Assembly (NCBI GenBank): GCA_015069265.1
Contig: SVIY01000001.1
Span: forward strand, 22,665 to 86,664
Length of the DNA: 64,000 nt
Direction: 5' to 3'
Origin: Clostridiales bacterium
GTDB taxonomy: Bacteria > Bacillota > Clostridia > Christensenellales > Borkfalkiaceae
Below are positions 1-10,509 of this stretch, piece after piece. A program made the translations under genes and the position numbers. The notes below the pieces were generated by a model that made no database searches, was not told the DNA's origin, and was given only the letters and a program-made list of their open reading frames with translations. Within the stretch, counting starts at the first letter, position 1. Every line of letters begins with the position of its first letter.

Positions 1-727
1 TACGGCAACGCGCAATGTGTGCGTCGCAAGATATCCACGCTTCCTTAAAAGAAGTTTTAGTCATATCGAGCGTGATAATATCGTAAAGGAGATAAATATA
101 CTCTCCGTCCGGCTCTATAAACATACAGAAGTCACCGCTACCGAGCTTGATAACGCCGTTCTTCTGTCCGATAACGTTGCCAGCGCCGGGGTTATATAAT
201 TCGGTCATACCAACGGTCTCGCCCGTCAATACCCAACGGTCAAAGAACCAGTTCTTTCCCTCGTCGTCAGAGTGCATAAGTCCGACGTGACGGAAGTCAG
301 AGTCGAGCTTGGGAGTATTGCAAAGTCCATACGCGTCGTACGCCGTACCTTTGCCGTTCCAACCCGTTTCGTTGTGGAACCAACAGAAAAACCTGTGCGT
401 GTTCGGGCAAATGTAAAGACCGAACGGCCAAATGCTACCTCTCGGCAAAATGCCCTCGGGGTATCTTACGCCGTCATACGCGTGTTCAGCATGACCTACG
501 CAGAAGTTGGTGTTAATCGGCCACGCCTCTTTCATGTCGTCAAGGCAAGTACCCGAAAACATTCCAATATGTCCCATGTGTGAGTGTCCGCTCATCGCCC
601 AAAGCTTGCCGTCTACGTCGCGATACATAGGCGTTGTGCCGTCTTGGAAAACCCCAACCTTATTCATAAAGGGCGATTCCATTTCTTCGCCAATTTTAAG
701 TTCGTACTTATCAAAAAACTTGTCCAT
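1..727 (-). CDS. hypothetical protein, 3'-truncated by the window edge (N-terminus MDKFFDKYELKIGEEMESPF...)
   Basis: The minus-strand frame is open from the ATG at 727 to position 1, with a GGAGA Shine-Dalgarno just upstream. It is absent from the ORF track because there is no stop inside the window. No family recognised. Confidence 0.55.
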   Translation of the reverse strand, partial: MDKFFDKYELKIGEEMESPFMNKVGVFQDGTTPMYRDVDGKLWAMSGHSHMGHIGMFSGTCLDDMKEAWPINTNFCVGHAEHAYDGVRYPEGILPRGSIWPFGLYICPNTHRFFCWFHNETGWNGKGTAYDAYGLCNTPKLDSDFRHVGLMHSDDEGKNWFFDRWVLTGETVGMTELYNPGAGNVIGQKNGVIKLGSGDFCMFIEPDGEYIYLLYDIITLDMTKTSFKEAWISCDAHIARCR

Positions 728-828
728 ATCGTCTCCTTAAAGATTAAGTTATTTATATTGTACCATAGATTTAGCTAAAATGCTTGATTATTTTATTAAC
801 AATCCCACAAAAGTTGGACTATTTTTAA

Positions 829-1356
829 CTATTTATCTTGCAATTCAAAAAAGTAATGCGTTTGGTTTTGGTCAACTTTAATTAAACCCAACTTTTCTAT
901 GAGTCTTTTTGAGGGGGCGTTTACCTTAAAGCAACGACTTTTTAGGCATTTAACTCCAAGCGAGTTCATGGCGTACTCTTTTAGCGCGTTCGCGCTCTCG
1001 TAAGCGTAGCCTTTCCCGTGATAGTCCTTAAACAGTCTAAACCCTATTTCTGCGCTGTAATCGGGGGTAAAGTTGTATAAAACAAGTTCGCCAATCATTT
1101 TATCGTCAAGCCTCACCGCAAAGGAATATTCCTCTTTCTTTGCTTTAAGTTCTTGCATAAACGAATAAAAATATTCGGGGGTGGGTGTATTTTCCCCTAA
1201 ATCTTTTCTATAATCATACCCCCACCACTCGTTTAGCTCTTCGTCCGTGTATAAGCGAAAGTACGTTTGCTTATCGTCGGGGGTTATATCGGTAATGGTA
1301 AGCCGAGCGGTTTTAATTGATATCGGCGGTTTTATATTGTCAAAAGCGGTATTCAT
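829..1356 (-). CDS. GNAT family N-acetyltransferase (RimJ/RimL-like)
   Basis: GNAT core is visible (...GFRLFKDYHGKGYAYESANALKEYA...). The ATG at 1356 is preferred. The track's TTG at 1377 lies inside the upstream terminator hairpin. Confidence 0.8.
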   Translation of the reverse strand: MNTAFDNIKPPISIKTARLTITDITPDDKQTYFRLYTDEELNEWWGYDYRKDLGENTPTPEYFYSFMQELKAKKEEYSFAVRLDDKMIGELVLYNFTPDYSAEIGFRLFKDYHGKGYAYESANALKEYAMNSLGVKCLKSRCFKVNAPSKRLIEKLGLIKVDQNQTHYFFELQDK

Positions 1357-1397
1357 CTCTAAAAACAAAAGGGGCAAACTTGCCCCTTTATCCTTTT

Positions 1398-2276
1398 TTA
1401 TTTTTTATCTTTGTCTTCTTCTACAACCGCTTTAAGACTTGCCAATAGACCCGTAACGTTTTGAATATCGCTAGGAACTATAATCTTCGTAGCGTTACCG
1501 TCTGCCATAATCTTTAACGCGTCGTAACCTTTAAGCGTCAAGTAAGCTGCGTTGGGGTTTGCATCGTTAATCATTTTGATAGCAGTTGCAGTACCTTCCG
1601 CCTCGGCAATAACCGAAGCTTTTTTTGCTTCTGCGCGAAGAATCATCGCCTCTTTTTCACCTTCAGCGACAAGAATGTTACTTCTCTTTTCACCCTCGGC
1701 TTTTAAGATTGCCTCTCTTCTTTCTCTCTCCGCTCTCATTTGTTTTTCCATCGCTTGCTGTATATCTTTTGGCGGGAGTATGTTTTTTAATTCTACCCTG
1801 TTTATTTTAATTCCCCAAGGGTCTGTCGCCTCGTCAAGAATTATGCGCATTTTACTGTTAACGGTGTCTCTAGACGTCAACGTTCCGTCAAGTTCTAATT
1901 CGCCAACCAAGTTTCTCAAAGTGGTCGCAGTTAAGTTCTCTATTGCGCGAATAGGGCTTTCCACACCGTAGGTAAAGAGCTTTGCGTCCGTTACCTGAAA
2001 ATAAACGACGGTATCTATTTGCATCGTAACGTTATCTTTTGTAATAACCGGTTGCGGTGCAAAGTCTGCAACTCTTTCTTTTAAGCTTATAGGTCCGCCA
2101 ACGCTTCTGTCTATAAACGGAATGACAAAGTGTATTCCCGTGTTTAAGAGTCTATGGAATTTTCCAAGCCTCTCAATTACAACCGCCGTCGATTGACGAA
2201 CGATTTTTATTGAAGCAATTATTATGATAAACAATATTACTCCTATAACTATTAACGAAATCATCAATGGATCCAT
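1398..2276 (-). CDS. SPFH/band-7 (stomatin/prohibitin-like) membrane protein
   Basis: N-terminal TM followed by an SPFH domain and an E/K/A-rich coiled-coil tail. Translationally coupled to the upstream NfeD gene by a TAATG overlap. Confidence 0.9.
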   Translation of the reverse strand: MDPLMISLIVIGVILFIIIIASIKIVRQSTAVVIERLGKFHRLLNTGIHFVIPFIDRSVGGPISLKERVADFAPQPVITKDNVTMQIDTVVYFQVTDAKLFTYGVESPIRAIENLTATTLRNLVGELELDGTLTSRDTVNSKMRIILDEATDPWGIKINRVELKNILPPKDIQQAMEKQMRAERERREAILKAEGEKRSNILVAEGEKEAMILRAEAKKASVIAEAEGTATAIKMINDANPNAAYLTLKGYDALKIMADGNATKIIVPSDIQNVTGLLASLKAVVEEDKDKK

Positions 2277-2701
2277 TATTTAACCTCCTCTACTATATAT
2301 TTATTTCCTTTTATATCTACTACTTTAACCTTTCTGCCCTGCTCTATTGGAGTGTTGTCCTCGCTTATAGCACTCCAAACCACGTCGTTTATTTTTATCG
2401 TTCCCGGCTGGTTGAATGCAATCGGAGAAATTAAGACGTATATTTTACCTATTGCCGAATCAGCATTGATTTTTGTGTCACCCTTTGAAAAATGTTTAAC
2501 AGCTATTTTTCTCAAGCACAAAAGCAGTACGAACGATACCGCCAAAAAAACGGGGACGTGCACGTACCACGGCACGTTAAACGCTGAAATTATCAATGCC
2601 ACAATTCCACCGCCCGCAAACCAAACGGACAATAAGTCATTGGTGAAAAACTCAACCACGAGCGCCAAAACGGTCACTCCTAGCCAAACGTATACCCACA
2701 T
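2276..2701 (-). CDS. NfeD family membrane protein
   Basis: Multi-TM N-terminus plus a C-terminal OB-like soluble domain. Classic NfeD-SPFH gene pair. Confidence 0.8.
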   Translation of the reverse strand: MWVYVWLGVTVLALVVEFFTNDLLSVWFAGGGIVALIISAFNVPWYVHVPVFLAVSFVLLLCLRKIAVKHFSKGDTKINADSAIGKIYVLISPIAFNQPGTIKINDVVWSAISEDNTPIEQGRKVKVVDIKGNKYIVEEVK

Positions 2702-2713
2702 ATGAATTCCCCT

Positions 2714-3619
2714 TTATTTATTGTTACTTTTAAGCACTTCTAAAAGTTCGGAAAGCCTATCGAGGTCATCGCGCGTGTAGTAGTCGATATAAATTCTACC
2801 CTTTTTGTCGTTGCCGATTGCGTTGACCTTGGTACCGAACACCCTTTGCATATCAGAAATGAGTTCTTTGAGTTCGGCAGAGAGCTCTACTTTAACCTTT
2901 TTCTTGACCTTTTCTTCGGGCGGAGCAAAGTATTCCTTTACCTTTTTCTCCACGTCTCTAACAGAAAGACCATTTTTAACGACGTCTTCTGCTATCTTTA
3001 TCTGGTCGATTTGCGGAACGGGGATAAGCGCCCTTGCATGACCTGCGGATAGTGCGCCGTTAGCCACCATTTTAATAACCTCTTGCGAAAGGGTTAAAAG
3101 ACGGAGCGTGTTAGCTATTGCAGGACGAGATTTACCTATTCTATCCGCCAAATCGTCTTGAGTCATACCGTAGTCGTTCATGAGCGAACGCATGGCCGTA
3201 GCCGCTTCTATGGGGTTTAAGTCCTCTCTTTGCAAGTTTTCTATAAGCGAGATTTCCTTAATCTGCTTTTCGTCGTAGTTTTTAACGATAACGGGAATTT
3301 TATTAAGCCCTGCAATCTTGCTTGCACGGAAACGGCGTTCGCCGGCGATTATCATAAATCTATCGCCACTCTTGTTGACGATAATCGGCATAATAACGCC
3401 GTGCTTTCTTATAGAGTCGGCAAGCTCGTTAAGAGCCGTTTCGTCAAAGACTTTACGGGGCTGGTTGGGGTTTGCGAATACCGAAGTAATATCTATCTCG
3501 GTAACACCCTCGCCCTTCGCTCTCGGCTCTTCATCAAAAAGTAAGCTCTTGCCGTAATCTTCTTCGGTCTCCGAAAAGAGTGCGGACAAGCCTTTTCCTA
3601 GTCCTCTCGTTGGTTTCAT
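2714..3619 (-). CDS. parB: chromosome partitioning protein ParB/Spo0J
   Basis: ParB box motifs (IIAGERRFRASK), an HTH region, and location downstream of parA. Confidence 0.92.
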   Translation of the reverse strand: MKPTRGLGKGLSALFSETEEDYGKSLLFDEEPRAKGEGVTEIDITSVFANPNQPRKVFDETALNELADSIRKHGVIMPIIVNKSGDRFMIIAGERRFRASKIAGLNKIPVIVKNYDEKQIKEISLIENLQREDLNPIEAATAMRSLMNDYGMTQDDLADRIGKSRPAIANTLRLLTLSQEVIKMVANGALSAGHARALIPVPQIDQIKIAEDVVKNGLSVRDVEKKVKEYFAPPEEKVKKKVKVELSAELKELISDMQRVFGTKVNAIGNDKKGRIYIDYYTRDDLDRLSELLEVLKSNNK

Positions 3620-3639
3620 AATTAACTTTCTCCGTTAGT

Positions 3640-4425
3640 TTATTTTTCCGTTGTTTTCTTGCCCGGTTGACGTGCAAGGAATTCTTCCGTTAACGCTAAA
3701 TATGCTTTTGCACCCGAACATCTCGTATCGTGTAGCATAATCGGGACACCGTGGCTGGGTGCTTCTGCTAAACGAATATTTCTAGGGATAGCCGTATCGA
3801 ATACGCGCTTTCCAAAGAACTTTCTTATCTCCGCAGAAATTTGACGGGAGATTATTGCACGGTTGTCGCTCATAGTGAGTATTACGCCCTCAATTTTAAG
3901 CGAGGGGTTAAGGTGTTTTACCACGAGCTTAATGGTGTTCATGAGTTGGCTCAACCCCTCTAGAGCGTAGTATTCGCTCTGTATCGGGATAATTACCGTG
4001 TCCGACGCCGCAAGCGCATTGATTGTCAAAAGCCCAAGCGAGGGCGGACAGTCAATGGTTACGAAGTCGTAACTCTTTTTTGCCTTTTCAAGCACCTTTT
4101 TAAGAACGTGTTCTCTATCCTTAATGTAGACGAGTTCGACCTCTGCACCCGCTAAATCAATGTTAGAGGGGAGAATGTCGAGGTTGTCGACACAAGTCTT
4201 TACAACCGCGTCTTCAATCGCCATATCGTCTATCATGACGTTGTACACCGAGTTTTTAACCTCGCTTTTAGCAAACCCTAGACCGCTCGTCGTGTTGCCT
4301 TGAGGGTCGAGGTCGACTATTAAACATTTGTAGCCCTTGCTCGCAAGGTATGCCGACATGTTAACACACGTCGTCGTTTTGCCCACACCACCTTTTTGAT
4401 TTGAAAAAGCAATAATTTTTCCCAT
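3640..4425 (-). CDS. parA: chromosome partitioning ATPase ParA/Soj
   Basis: Deviant Walker A (NQKGGVGKTTT) and ParA/MinD family features across the full length. Confidence 0.92.
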   Translation of the reverse strand: MGKIIAFSNQKGGVGKTTTCVNMSAYLASKGYKCLIVDLDPQGNTTSGLGFAKSEVKNSVYNVMIDDMAIEDAVVKTCVDNLDILPSNIDLAGAEVELVYIKDREHVLKKVLEKAKKSYDFVTIDCPPSLGLLTINALAASDTVIIPIQSEYYALEGLSQLMNTIKLVVKHLNPSLKIEGVILTMSDNRAIISRQISAEIRKFFGKRVFDTAIPRNIRLAEAPSHGVPIMLHDTRCSGAKAYLALTEEFLARQPGKKTTEK

Positions 4426-4477
4426 AAATTTTCTCCTATAAGTTAACGCTCAAAATTGCTCTTTTGATATGAACTTT

Positions 4478-6547
4478 TTATTCTTCTTTGTTGTCTTGGT
4501 TTTGTTTGTTGTCTTCTTGTGGCTGTTTTGCCGTTTCTTGCTCTTTTTGTTCGGTCGCCTTTTCTTCGGGAATAATCACCGACGACTTTGATTTTCTAGC
4601 AAACGGGTTTTGGGAGAGCGTACGCTCGTTTTCGTCCATGAACGCGATAATTTCCTCTACGCTCTTGCCCTCCATAAGCATATCCACTTCTTCGGCAAAG
4701 ATTGTTTCTCTCTCCACCAAAAGTCTTGCCATGTTGTCGAGGAACTTTCTGTTTTCGCCAAGAAGCTTTCTCGCTCTCTGCAAGCCCTCGTCAACGATAC
4801 GCGTGATTTCTTGGTCGATAATTCCTGCCGTCTGTTCGCTATACGAAACGTGCGAGGCCATATCTCTGCCTAGGAACACTTCTCTGTCCGAGCCGTACGA
4901 TATAGGTCCTACCTTTTCACTCATACCCCACTCGGTAACCATAAGCCTTGCGCGTTTGGTAACCGCTTGTATGTCGCCCGACGCACCTGCGGAAATATCC
5001 TTAATTACCAATTCTTCGGCAACCCTACCACCAAGCGTCATAACTATATCGTCTAAAAGTTTTGCCTTGGTTAAGTGGTTGTCGTCGGTGTCAGGCCTTG
5101 TCATTGTATAGCCTGCCGCTTGACCTCTTGGAATAATGGATACTTCGTGTACGGGGTCGCAGTTTTTAAGAAGTTTGGCAAGCACTGCGTGGCCTGATTC
5201 GTGATATGCGGTGATGCGCTTATCCGTTTCGGTAACGAGTCTGCTCCTCTTCTGCGGTCCCATGATTACCTTGTTTATACCTTCGTAGAGGTCTTTATTG
5301 GTGATGAACTTTCTGTTATCTCTTGCCGCAAGTATTGCCGCTTCGTTTAAGAGGTTTTCTAGGTCCGCCCCAGAGAAACCACTCGTCATTCTAGCAACCG
5401 TCTTAAAGTTAACGTCCGTTGCTAGCGGTTTATTTCTTGCGTGTACTTTTAAGATTGCTTCCCTACCGCGAACGTCGGGAGTGTTAACGAAAATCTGTCT
5501 ATCAAAACGTCCAGGACGCAACAGTGCGGGGTCTAATATGTCCGCGCGGTTAGTTGCAGCCATGATTATTATACCGTCGTTTGATTCAAAGCCGTCCATT
5601 TGAACGAGGAGTTGGTTAAGCGTTTGCTCTCTCTCGTCGTGGCCACCGCCAAGACCGGAACCTCTCTGTCTACCCACCGCGTCGATTTCGTCGATAAACA
5701 CTATACAGGGCATGTTCTTTTTGGCAACCTCAAACAAATCTCTTACTCTGCTTGCACCCACCCCCACGAACATTTCCACGAAGTCTGAACCGCTTATGGA
5801 GAAGAAAGGAACGCCTGCCTCCCCTGCTACTGCTTTAGCAAAGAGGGTTTTACCCGTTCCGGGAGGGCCAACAAGCAGCACGCCCTTTGGTACTCTCGCA
5901 CCAATGTCAGAGAATTTCTTGGGGTTTTTCAAGAAGTCTACGACCTCTTTTAGTTCTTCCTTTTCTTCCTCTGCGCCTGCAACGTCGGTAAATCTAACCT
6001 TTAAGTTTTGGTTGAGTCTTGCATTAGTTTTAGCAAAGTTCATTGCGCTCTTTGTTCCGCCCTGACTTTGCGCCATAATTATCCAGAACACAACCATAAT
6101 TAGCACTGCGCCAAACAAGGGCATAAGCGATTGCCAAATGCTTCCACTGTTCGGGTTGGAATAGTCGAATGCAATTCCTTTTGCCGAAAGCAATGCTTCT
6201 AAATCGGCAGCCGTATCGCCTCTTGCGTAAACGGTGTTAAAGGTATAAGTCGTCGTTTTGCTTCCCGATACAGTTTGAATTTTAAACTCAATTACGTAGT
6301 TATCGATATAAACGGAAGTGATTTTTGCCGAATCGTATTTACCTAACTGTTTATCAATTTCAGGTGCGTTAATTAAGTCGTCATCTGTAATAATACCCGT
6401 CGGCGACGAGTTTTCTACCGTAGATAAGAATTCTGAATAATTAACCTCTTTTCCGTCGCCTGCACATCTAGTTATTGATAGAATTGCGATGAGGGCAACG
6501 ATTAAGACCATAACTATCCAGAATATTCTGGAGTTTTTCTTTTTCAA
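4478..6547 (-). CDS. ftsH: ATP-dependent zinc metalloprotease FtsH
   Basis: Two TM segments, AAA+ Walker A (GPPGTGKT), SRH, and the HEXGH zinc site (HESGHA). Confidence 0.97.
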   Translation of the reverse strand: MKKKNSRIFWIVMVLIVALIAILSITRCAGDGKEVNYSEFLSTVENSSPTGIITDDDLINAPEIDKQLGKYDSAKITSVYIDNYVIEFKIQTVSGSKTTTYTFNTVYARGDTAADLEALLSAKGIAFDYSNPNSGSIWQSLMPLFGAVLIMVVFWIIMAQSQGGTKSAMNFAKTNARLNQNLKVRFTDVAGAEEEKEELKEVVDFLKNPKKFSDIGARVPKGVLLVGPPGTGKTLFAKAVAGEAGVPFFSISGSDFVEMFVGVGASRVRDLFEVAKKNMPCIVFIDEIDAVGRQRGSGLGGGHDEREQTLNQLLVQMDGFESNDGIIIMAATNRADILDPALLRPGRFDRQIFVNTPDVRGREAILKVHARNKPLATDVNFKTVARMTSGFSGADLENLLNEAAILAARDNRKFITNKDLYEGINKVIMGPQKRSRLVTETDKRITAYHESGHAVLAKLLKNCDPVHEVSIIPRGQAAGYTMTRPDTDDNHLTKAKLLDDIVMTLGGRVAEELVIKDISAGASGDIQAVTKRARLMVTEWGMSEKVGPISYGSDREVFLGRDMASHVSYSEQTAGIIDQEITRIVDEGLQRARKLLGENRKFLDNMARLLVERETIFAEEVDMLMEGKSVEEIIAFMDENERTLSQNPFARKSKSSVIIPEEKATEQKEQETAKQPQEDNKQNQDNKEE

Positions 6548-6871
6548 TTTTCTAGTCCTCTCTTTTTTTAGTTAAAAAAATTATAACACATCAAAGTTAA
6601 AAAAACCTTGAATTTATCTTATGAAAAGCACAATTCGAGCATGCACTTTTGTTTATATTATTATACTACATTTACATTTAAAATACAATATATTTAGGAT
6701 AAATTTTTTGACATTTTTTGCACCACGCAAAATAAATTAGCGCATATAATTTTATTTTTCGCGCCAATTTTAATAGCGCACAATATTTTGCCGTTAAAAT
6801 TGGACGCAAAAACAAAAAGCGCGATTTGTTTGTATAATTTTTGAAATACTTTTTCCACAATTTACACAATA

Positions 6872-6887
6872 TGTTTCACATGAAACA
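6872..6887. promoter_or_regulatory. parS site (TGTTTCACATGAAACA)
   Basis: One mismatch to the palindromic Firmicute parS consensus TGTTNCACGTGAAACA. Confidence 0.75.
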
Positions 6888-7221
6888 TTCCCCTCTCCCA
6901 CGTCTAAAAGGTCAGTAACTTTAATAAAAATTTTGCAAAACGCGGTCATCATTAGAGCAAAAACTAGCCATGAACACAAACCTTAACAAAACAAACCTCT
7001 CTCAACGACAAAAACCACACACAAAATTATAAAAAACGAACGAAAACAGCCTTTTAAAAATTGTCATTAAAACGTTCTGAGACAGAATAGGAAAAATTTT
7101 TTCCAAGGAAAATTTTGACTCATTCTCGCTCACAAGAGGGGTTTTTGAGGTAAAATCACCACAATCTTATCACAACCAACACACCACCAACACCCACAAT
7201 ATTGCCGATATTTACACAAAA

Positions 7222-7237
7222 TGTTTCACGTGAAACG
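7222..7237. promoter_or_regulatory. parS site (TGTTTCACGTGAAACG)
   Basis: One mismatch to the parS consensus. Shares a 10-nt 5' flank with the site at 6872. Confidence 0.8.
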
Positions 7238-7265
7238 TAGCAATTTTGACATTAAAAAACATGGG

Positions 7266-7281
7266 TGTTTCACGTGAAACA
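7266..7281. promoter_or_regulatory. parS site (TGTTTCACGTGAAACA, perfect palindrome)
   Basis: Exact match to the parS consensus. Confidence 0.9.
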
Positions 7282-7505
7282 TTGTTTTTTCGTGTTTTGG
7301 ATAAATTTTAGGTTAATTTTGTGCCATTTATTGTGTTTTTTGGGGTTGTTTAGAGGCTTTTTAGTGACTTTTTGGGTAATTTTTTGGGGCAATTTAAGGT
7401 TTTTCGCTAGGTTTTTTGCATTAACGTATAGTTTTTAATATTTCTTTTTCTGTTTTTATCGTTTATTAATTGTAAAAATTTATGCTTTTTAGAGGAGAAA
7501 ACAAA

Positions 7506-7534
7506 TAAAAAAGGCACGATTTCGTGCCTTTTTT
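7506..7534. terminator. bidirectional rho-independent terminator
   Basis: GGCACGA/TCGTGCC hairpin flanked by an A-run and a T-run, immediately after the cvpA stop. Confidence 0.75.
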
Positions 7535-7536
7535 GG

Positions 7537-8292
7537 TTAAATTATAGTTTTTACGAGGTTTACAACGTCATTTATTGATATTGCACTCATAATTCTACTG
7601 AAAAGATTAATATTTTCTATAAAACTAGCAATGGTTGAAGCTTGAATGTGTCCGTAAATGTTTTGCATGAACGAAAGCGGTATAAAACTTATTATCATTA
7701 TAAGGAATTCTAAATGAACCACTCCGCTTACAAGTCCGCACAAAAGTCCAAGCACTCTGTCCGTTTTTTCTATTAATTTGATTGCGTATAGCTTTTTGAC
7801 TAATTCTCCGATTAAAAATAGTATTATTTTGAATAAAATAAACAATAATATCACGGAAATTATGATGACGATATAGTACGCGAACGTTGGGGCAATCAAA
7901 TCTCTTAACGGTGTAGTCATAGGAATGCTCGTATCTGATTTGAATGCTAAAATGATTGCGATAAGCCATCCGCCAACGCCTGCATCATTGAGAGCATTCT
8001 CGGAAGCATCTTTAAGCGTGGAGTTCATTAGGTCAGCTCCAAATATCTTATCGAGCGAACCGCCAAGCTTTTCCGCTACAGTTGTAACGAAAGAAAACTC
8101 GCTTTCTAAAAACTTTGCCACCGTAGAGCAGAGCAGAACTGCAAACAATAAACTTAACATCGTTCCGAACACGGAAACGAACGTTTTTGCAAAGCCCTTG
8201 ACAAAACCCCTGATTGTAAACAGCGCGATAAATACTAGCGCTATTATATCTACTATTGCGCCACCACTCGTCGCTAACAAAAGATTTTGCAT
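7537..8292 (-). CDS. cvpA: CvpA family membrane protein
   Basis: CvpA-like N-terminal TM pattern (IVDIIALVFIALFTIRGFVKGF...). The ATG at 8292 follows an AGAGAGG SD. The track start at 8313 has no SD. Confidence 0.7.
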   Translation of the reverse strand: MQNLLLATSGGAIVDIIALVFIALFTIRGFVKGFAKTFVSVFGTMLSLLFAVLLCSTVAKFLESEFSFVTTVAEKLGGSLDKIFGADLMNSTLKDASENALNDAGVGGWLIAIILAFKSDTSIPMTTPLRDLIAPTFAYYIVIIISVILLFILFKIILFLIGELVKKLYAIKLIEKTDRVLGLLCGLVSGVVHLEFLIMIISFIPLSFMQNIYGHIQASTIASFIENINLFSRIMSAISINDVVNLVKTII

Positions 8293-8443
8293 AAAAACCT
8301 CTCTTACGAACATTCGTTCGCCTTTGATTTGTAGTGTCTACATAAATGTTACCACAGTTTTATAAATTTATCAACGTTTTTTCATTATTGAATAAAAAAA
8401 TTAAAATTGTTAATAATCTATAAAAATTGTAATCGGGGAACTT

Positions 8444-9004
8444 ATGGAACAATCTTGTTTTACTTTTAATACGTTTAATAATTATGCAAGTTCGGGAATA
8501 TGCGACGCGCTCAAAAATTTTAGCAAAACAGACAATAAACCCGTTTTTGTTTGTATTGGGAGCGATTTAGTGCTTGGGGATAGTTTAGGTCCGCTAGTCG
8601 GCACGTTTATTAAGGATAAAAATATAAACGCTTACGTTTATGGAACACTAAATTTTCCTATAACCGCAAAGGAAATCGGGTGTATTAGAACTCATATTCG
8701 TCAGCTTCACCCAAACTCACCAATAATAGCAATAGACGCGGCGGTGGGGGAGCAAGATGATATAGGACTACTTAAAGTGGTAAACGGTGGCATAAAACCC
8801 GGACTCGGTGTGGACAAAAAGCTCGGAACTGTAGGGGATTTAAGCATTATCGGTGTCGTCGCGGGAAAATCCGTGCAAAATTACAATCTTTTTAATCTCA
8901 CAAGATTAAACCTTATATATAAAATGGCAAACGTAATATCGAACGGAATTGAGCAGTTCGTTAACTCCTTCCCCTTTATAAACCGTCTGCCTTTTGCAAA
9001 ATAA
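8444..9004 (+). CDS. yyaC: spore protease YyaC (GPR-like endopeptidase family)
   Basis: Motifs VFVCIGSDLVLGDSLGPLVG, AIDAAVG and NLTRLNLIYKMANVI match YyaC. It lies near parAB, as in Bacillus. Confidence 0.8.
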   Translation: MEQSCFTFNTFNNYASSGICDALKNFSKTDNKPVFVCIGSDLVLGDSLGPLVGTFIKDKNINAYVYGTLNFPITAKEIGCIRTHIRQLHPNSPIIAIDAAVGEQDDIGLLKVVNGGIKPGLGVDKKLGTVGDLSIIGVVAGKSVQNYNLFNLTRLNLIYKMANVISNGIEQFVNSFPFINRLPFAK

Positions 9005-9040
9005 AAAAAGCCTCGAACTTTTGTTCGAGGCTTATTCTTT
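9003..9040. terminator. bidirectional terminator (yyaC / gltX)
   Basis: AGCCTCGAAC-TTTT-GTTCGAGGCT hairpin with A- and T-rich flanks. Confidence 0.8.
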
Positions 9041-9052
9041 ATGCGTTATATA

Positions 9053-10495
9053 TTATTTGTTCAATAATTGAATAGAATAATCGAGTCTTTTTAGCGTTTC
9101 TTCCTTACCCAAAAGTTCGGCAATTTCCATAACGCCACCTGCGGTAGATTCTTTGCCAGAGATAGCAACGCGAACGCACCAGAACACTTGTCCGTTCTTA
9201 ACACCCATTTCAGCAACGAGCGCCATTAGTGCATCGTGAATTGAATCATAGTTAAATTCTTTGAGGTTTGCGATAACTTCTCTTGCCTTGGGAAGAACAA
9301 CTTTTGCAATTTCCGCATCGGTTTTCATCTTTTTGTGGGTGTAGAGCGCGATATCGTATTCGCCAAACTCTTCGAGGAAGTTAATCTTTTCGGGAATCTC
9401 ACTATATATCTCAATTCTAGTTTTTAGTAGCGCAGCAATCTTTTTGAGGTCGTACTTGCCGTAAACTTTGCTTTCCTTAAAGAACTTGTCCGCCTTTTCC
9501 ACCAACTCTTCGTCGGTCATTGCTTTAATATATTCGCCCGATAACCACTTCATCTTTGCTTCGTCAAAGATAGCCGAAGATTTACCGATACCCTCAAGCG
9601 AGAAGTTTTCGATAAGCTCGTTTAAGCTCATCTTCTCTTGATTGCCCTTGGGACTCCAACCGAGCAATGCTATATAGTTTACGATAGCTTCCTTTACGTA
9701 TCCTTTATTGACAAAATCTTCGTAACTTGCGTCTCCGTTTCTCTTGGAGAGTTTGTGTTGCGCGTCTTTCATAATGGGGGGGAGGTGAATATACGTCGGT
9801 CTTTCCCAACCGAACGCGTCGTACATTAAGTTGTATTTAGGCGTGGAAGAAAGGTATTCCGTACCCCTGATAACGTGCGTAATTCCCATGAGGTGATCGT
9901 CGATAACGTTTGCAAAGTTATAGGTGGGCATTCCGTCGCTCTTTAACAAAATTCCGTCCTCAATATCCTTGTAATCAACGCTGATATCTCCGTACACTAG
10001 GTCGTGATACGAGCCTGTACCCTCGGTTGGCACGTTTTGACGAATAACGTACTTCTCGCCAGAGGCAATTCTTCTTGCGATTTCTTCTTTAGAGAGTTTT
10101 AAGCAGTGTTTGTCGTAACGGATATTGCCCGTTTCGTCCTTTAACGACTCAATTCTCTCTTGGTCGCAGAAGCAGTAATACGCTCCGCCAAGCTCAACGA
10201 GTTTTTTTGCGTATTCGAGGTACAAACTCTTTCTCTCGCTCTGAACGTACGGGCCATAGTCACCACCAACGTCCGGACCTTCGTCGTACATAATACCCGA
10301 ATCGCGCATAGTGTCGTATATGATTTGCACCGAACCGTCAACGTATCTAGCCGTGTCGGTATCTTCAATTCTCAAAACGAAATCGCCACCGCCCTTTTTG
10401 GCAAACAAAAAGCCGTAGAGTGCGGTACGAAGCCCTCCGATATGCAAATATCCCGTGGGACTTGGGGCAAATCTTGTTCTAATTTTTCCTTGCAT
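9053..10495 (-). CDS. gltX: glutamate--tRNA ligase
   Basis: Class I HIGH (PTGYLHIGG) and KMSKS (KLSKR) motifs. Full-length GltX architecture. Confidence 0.95.
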   Translation of the reverse strand: MQGKIRTRFAPSPTGYLHIGGLRTALYGFLFAKKGGGDFVLRIEDTDTARYVDGSVQIIYDTMRDSGIMYDEGPDVGGDYGPYVQSERKSLYLEYAKKLVELGGAYYCFCDQERIESLKDETGNIRYDKHCLKLSKEEIARRIASGEKYVIRQNVPTEGTGSYHDLVYGDISVDYKDIEDGILLKSDGMPTYNFANVIDDHLMGITHVIRGTEYLSSTPKYNLMYDAFGWERPTYIHLPPIMKDAQHKLSKRNGDASYEDFVNKGYVKEAIVNYIALLGWSPKGNQEKMSLNELIENFSLEGIGKSSAIFDEAKMKWLSGEYIKAMTDEELVEKADKFFKESKVYGKYDLKKIAALLKTRIEIYSEIPEKINFLEEFGEYDIALYTHKKMKTDAEIAKVVLPKAREVIANLKEFNYDSIHDALMALVAEMGVKNGQVFWCVRVAISGKESTAGGVMEIAELLGKEETLKRLDYSIQLLNK

Positions 10496-10509
10496 TTAAC
10501 TGTTTCTCC

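Noticed and set aside
4488-6065. Several plus-strand ORFs of 60-207 aa
   Set aside because: All are antisense to ftsH and have no independent support.
6678-6979. Two overlapping minus-strand ORFs (63 and 61 aa) in the parS spacer
   Set aside because: They have no SD and a Cys/Phe/Lys-rich composition typical of AT-rich non-coding DNA. One overlaps a parS site. I treat the spacer as non-coding.
6548-7536. Possibility that the parS spacer is itself oriC, given the local AC-to-GT skew flip and a TTTTCCACA box
   Set aside because: Only one DnaA-box-like element was seen, and there is no long pure-AT unwinding block. The 27.0-27.5 kb spacer is a much better candidate. This is not fully excluded, since a bipartite origin remains possible.
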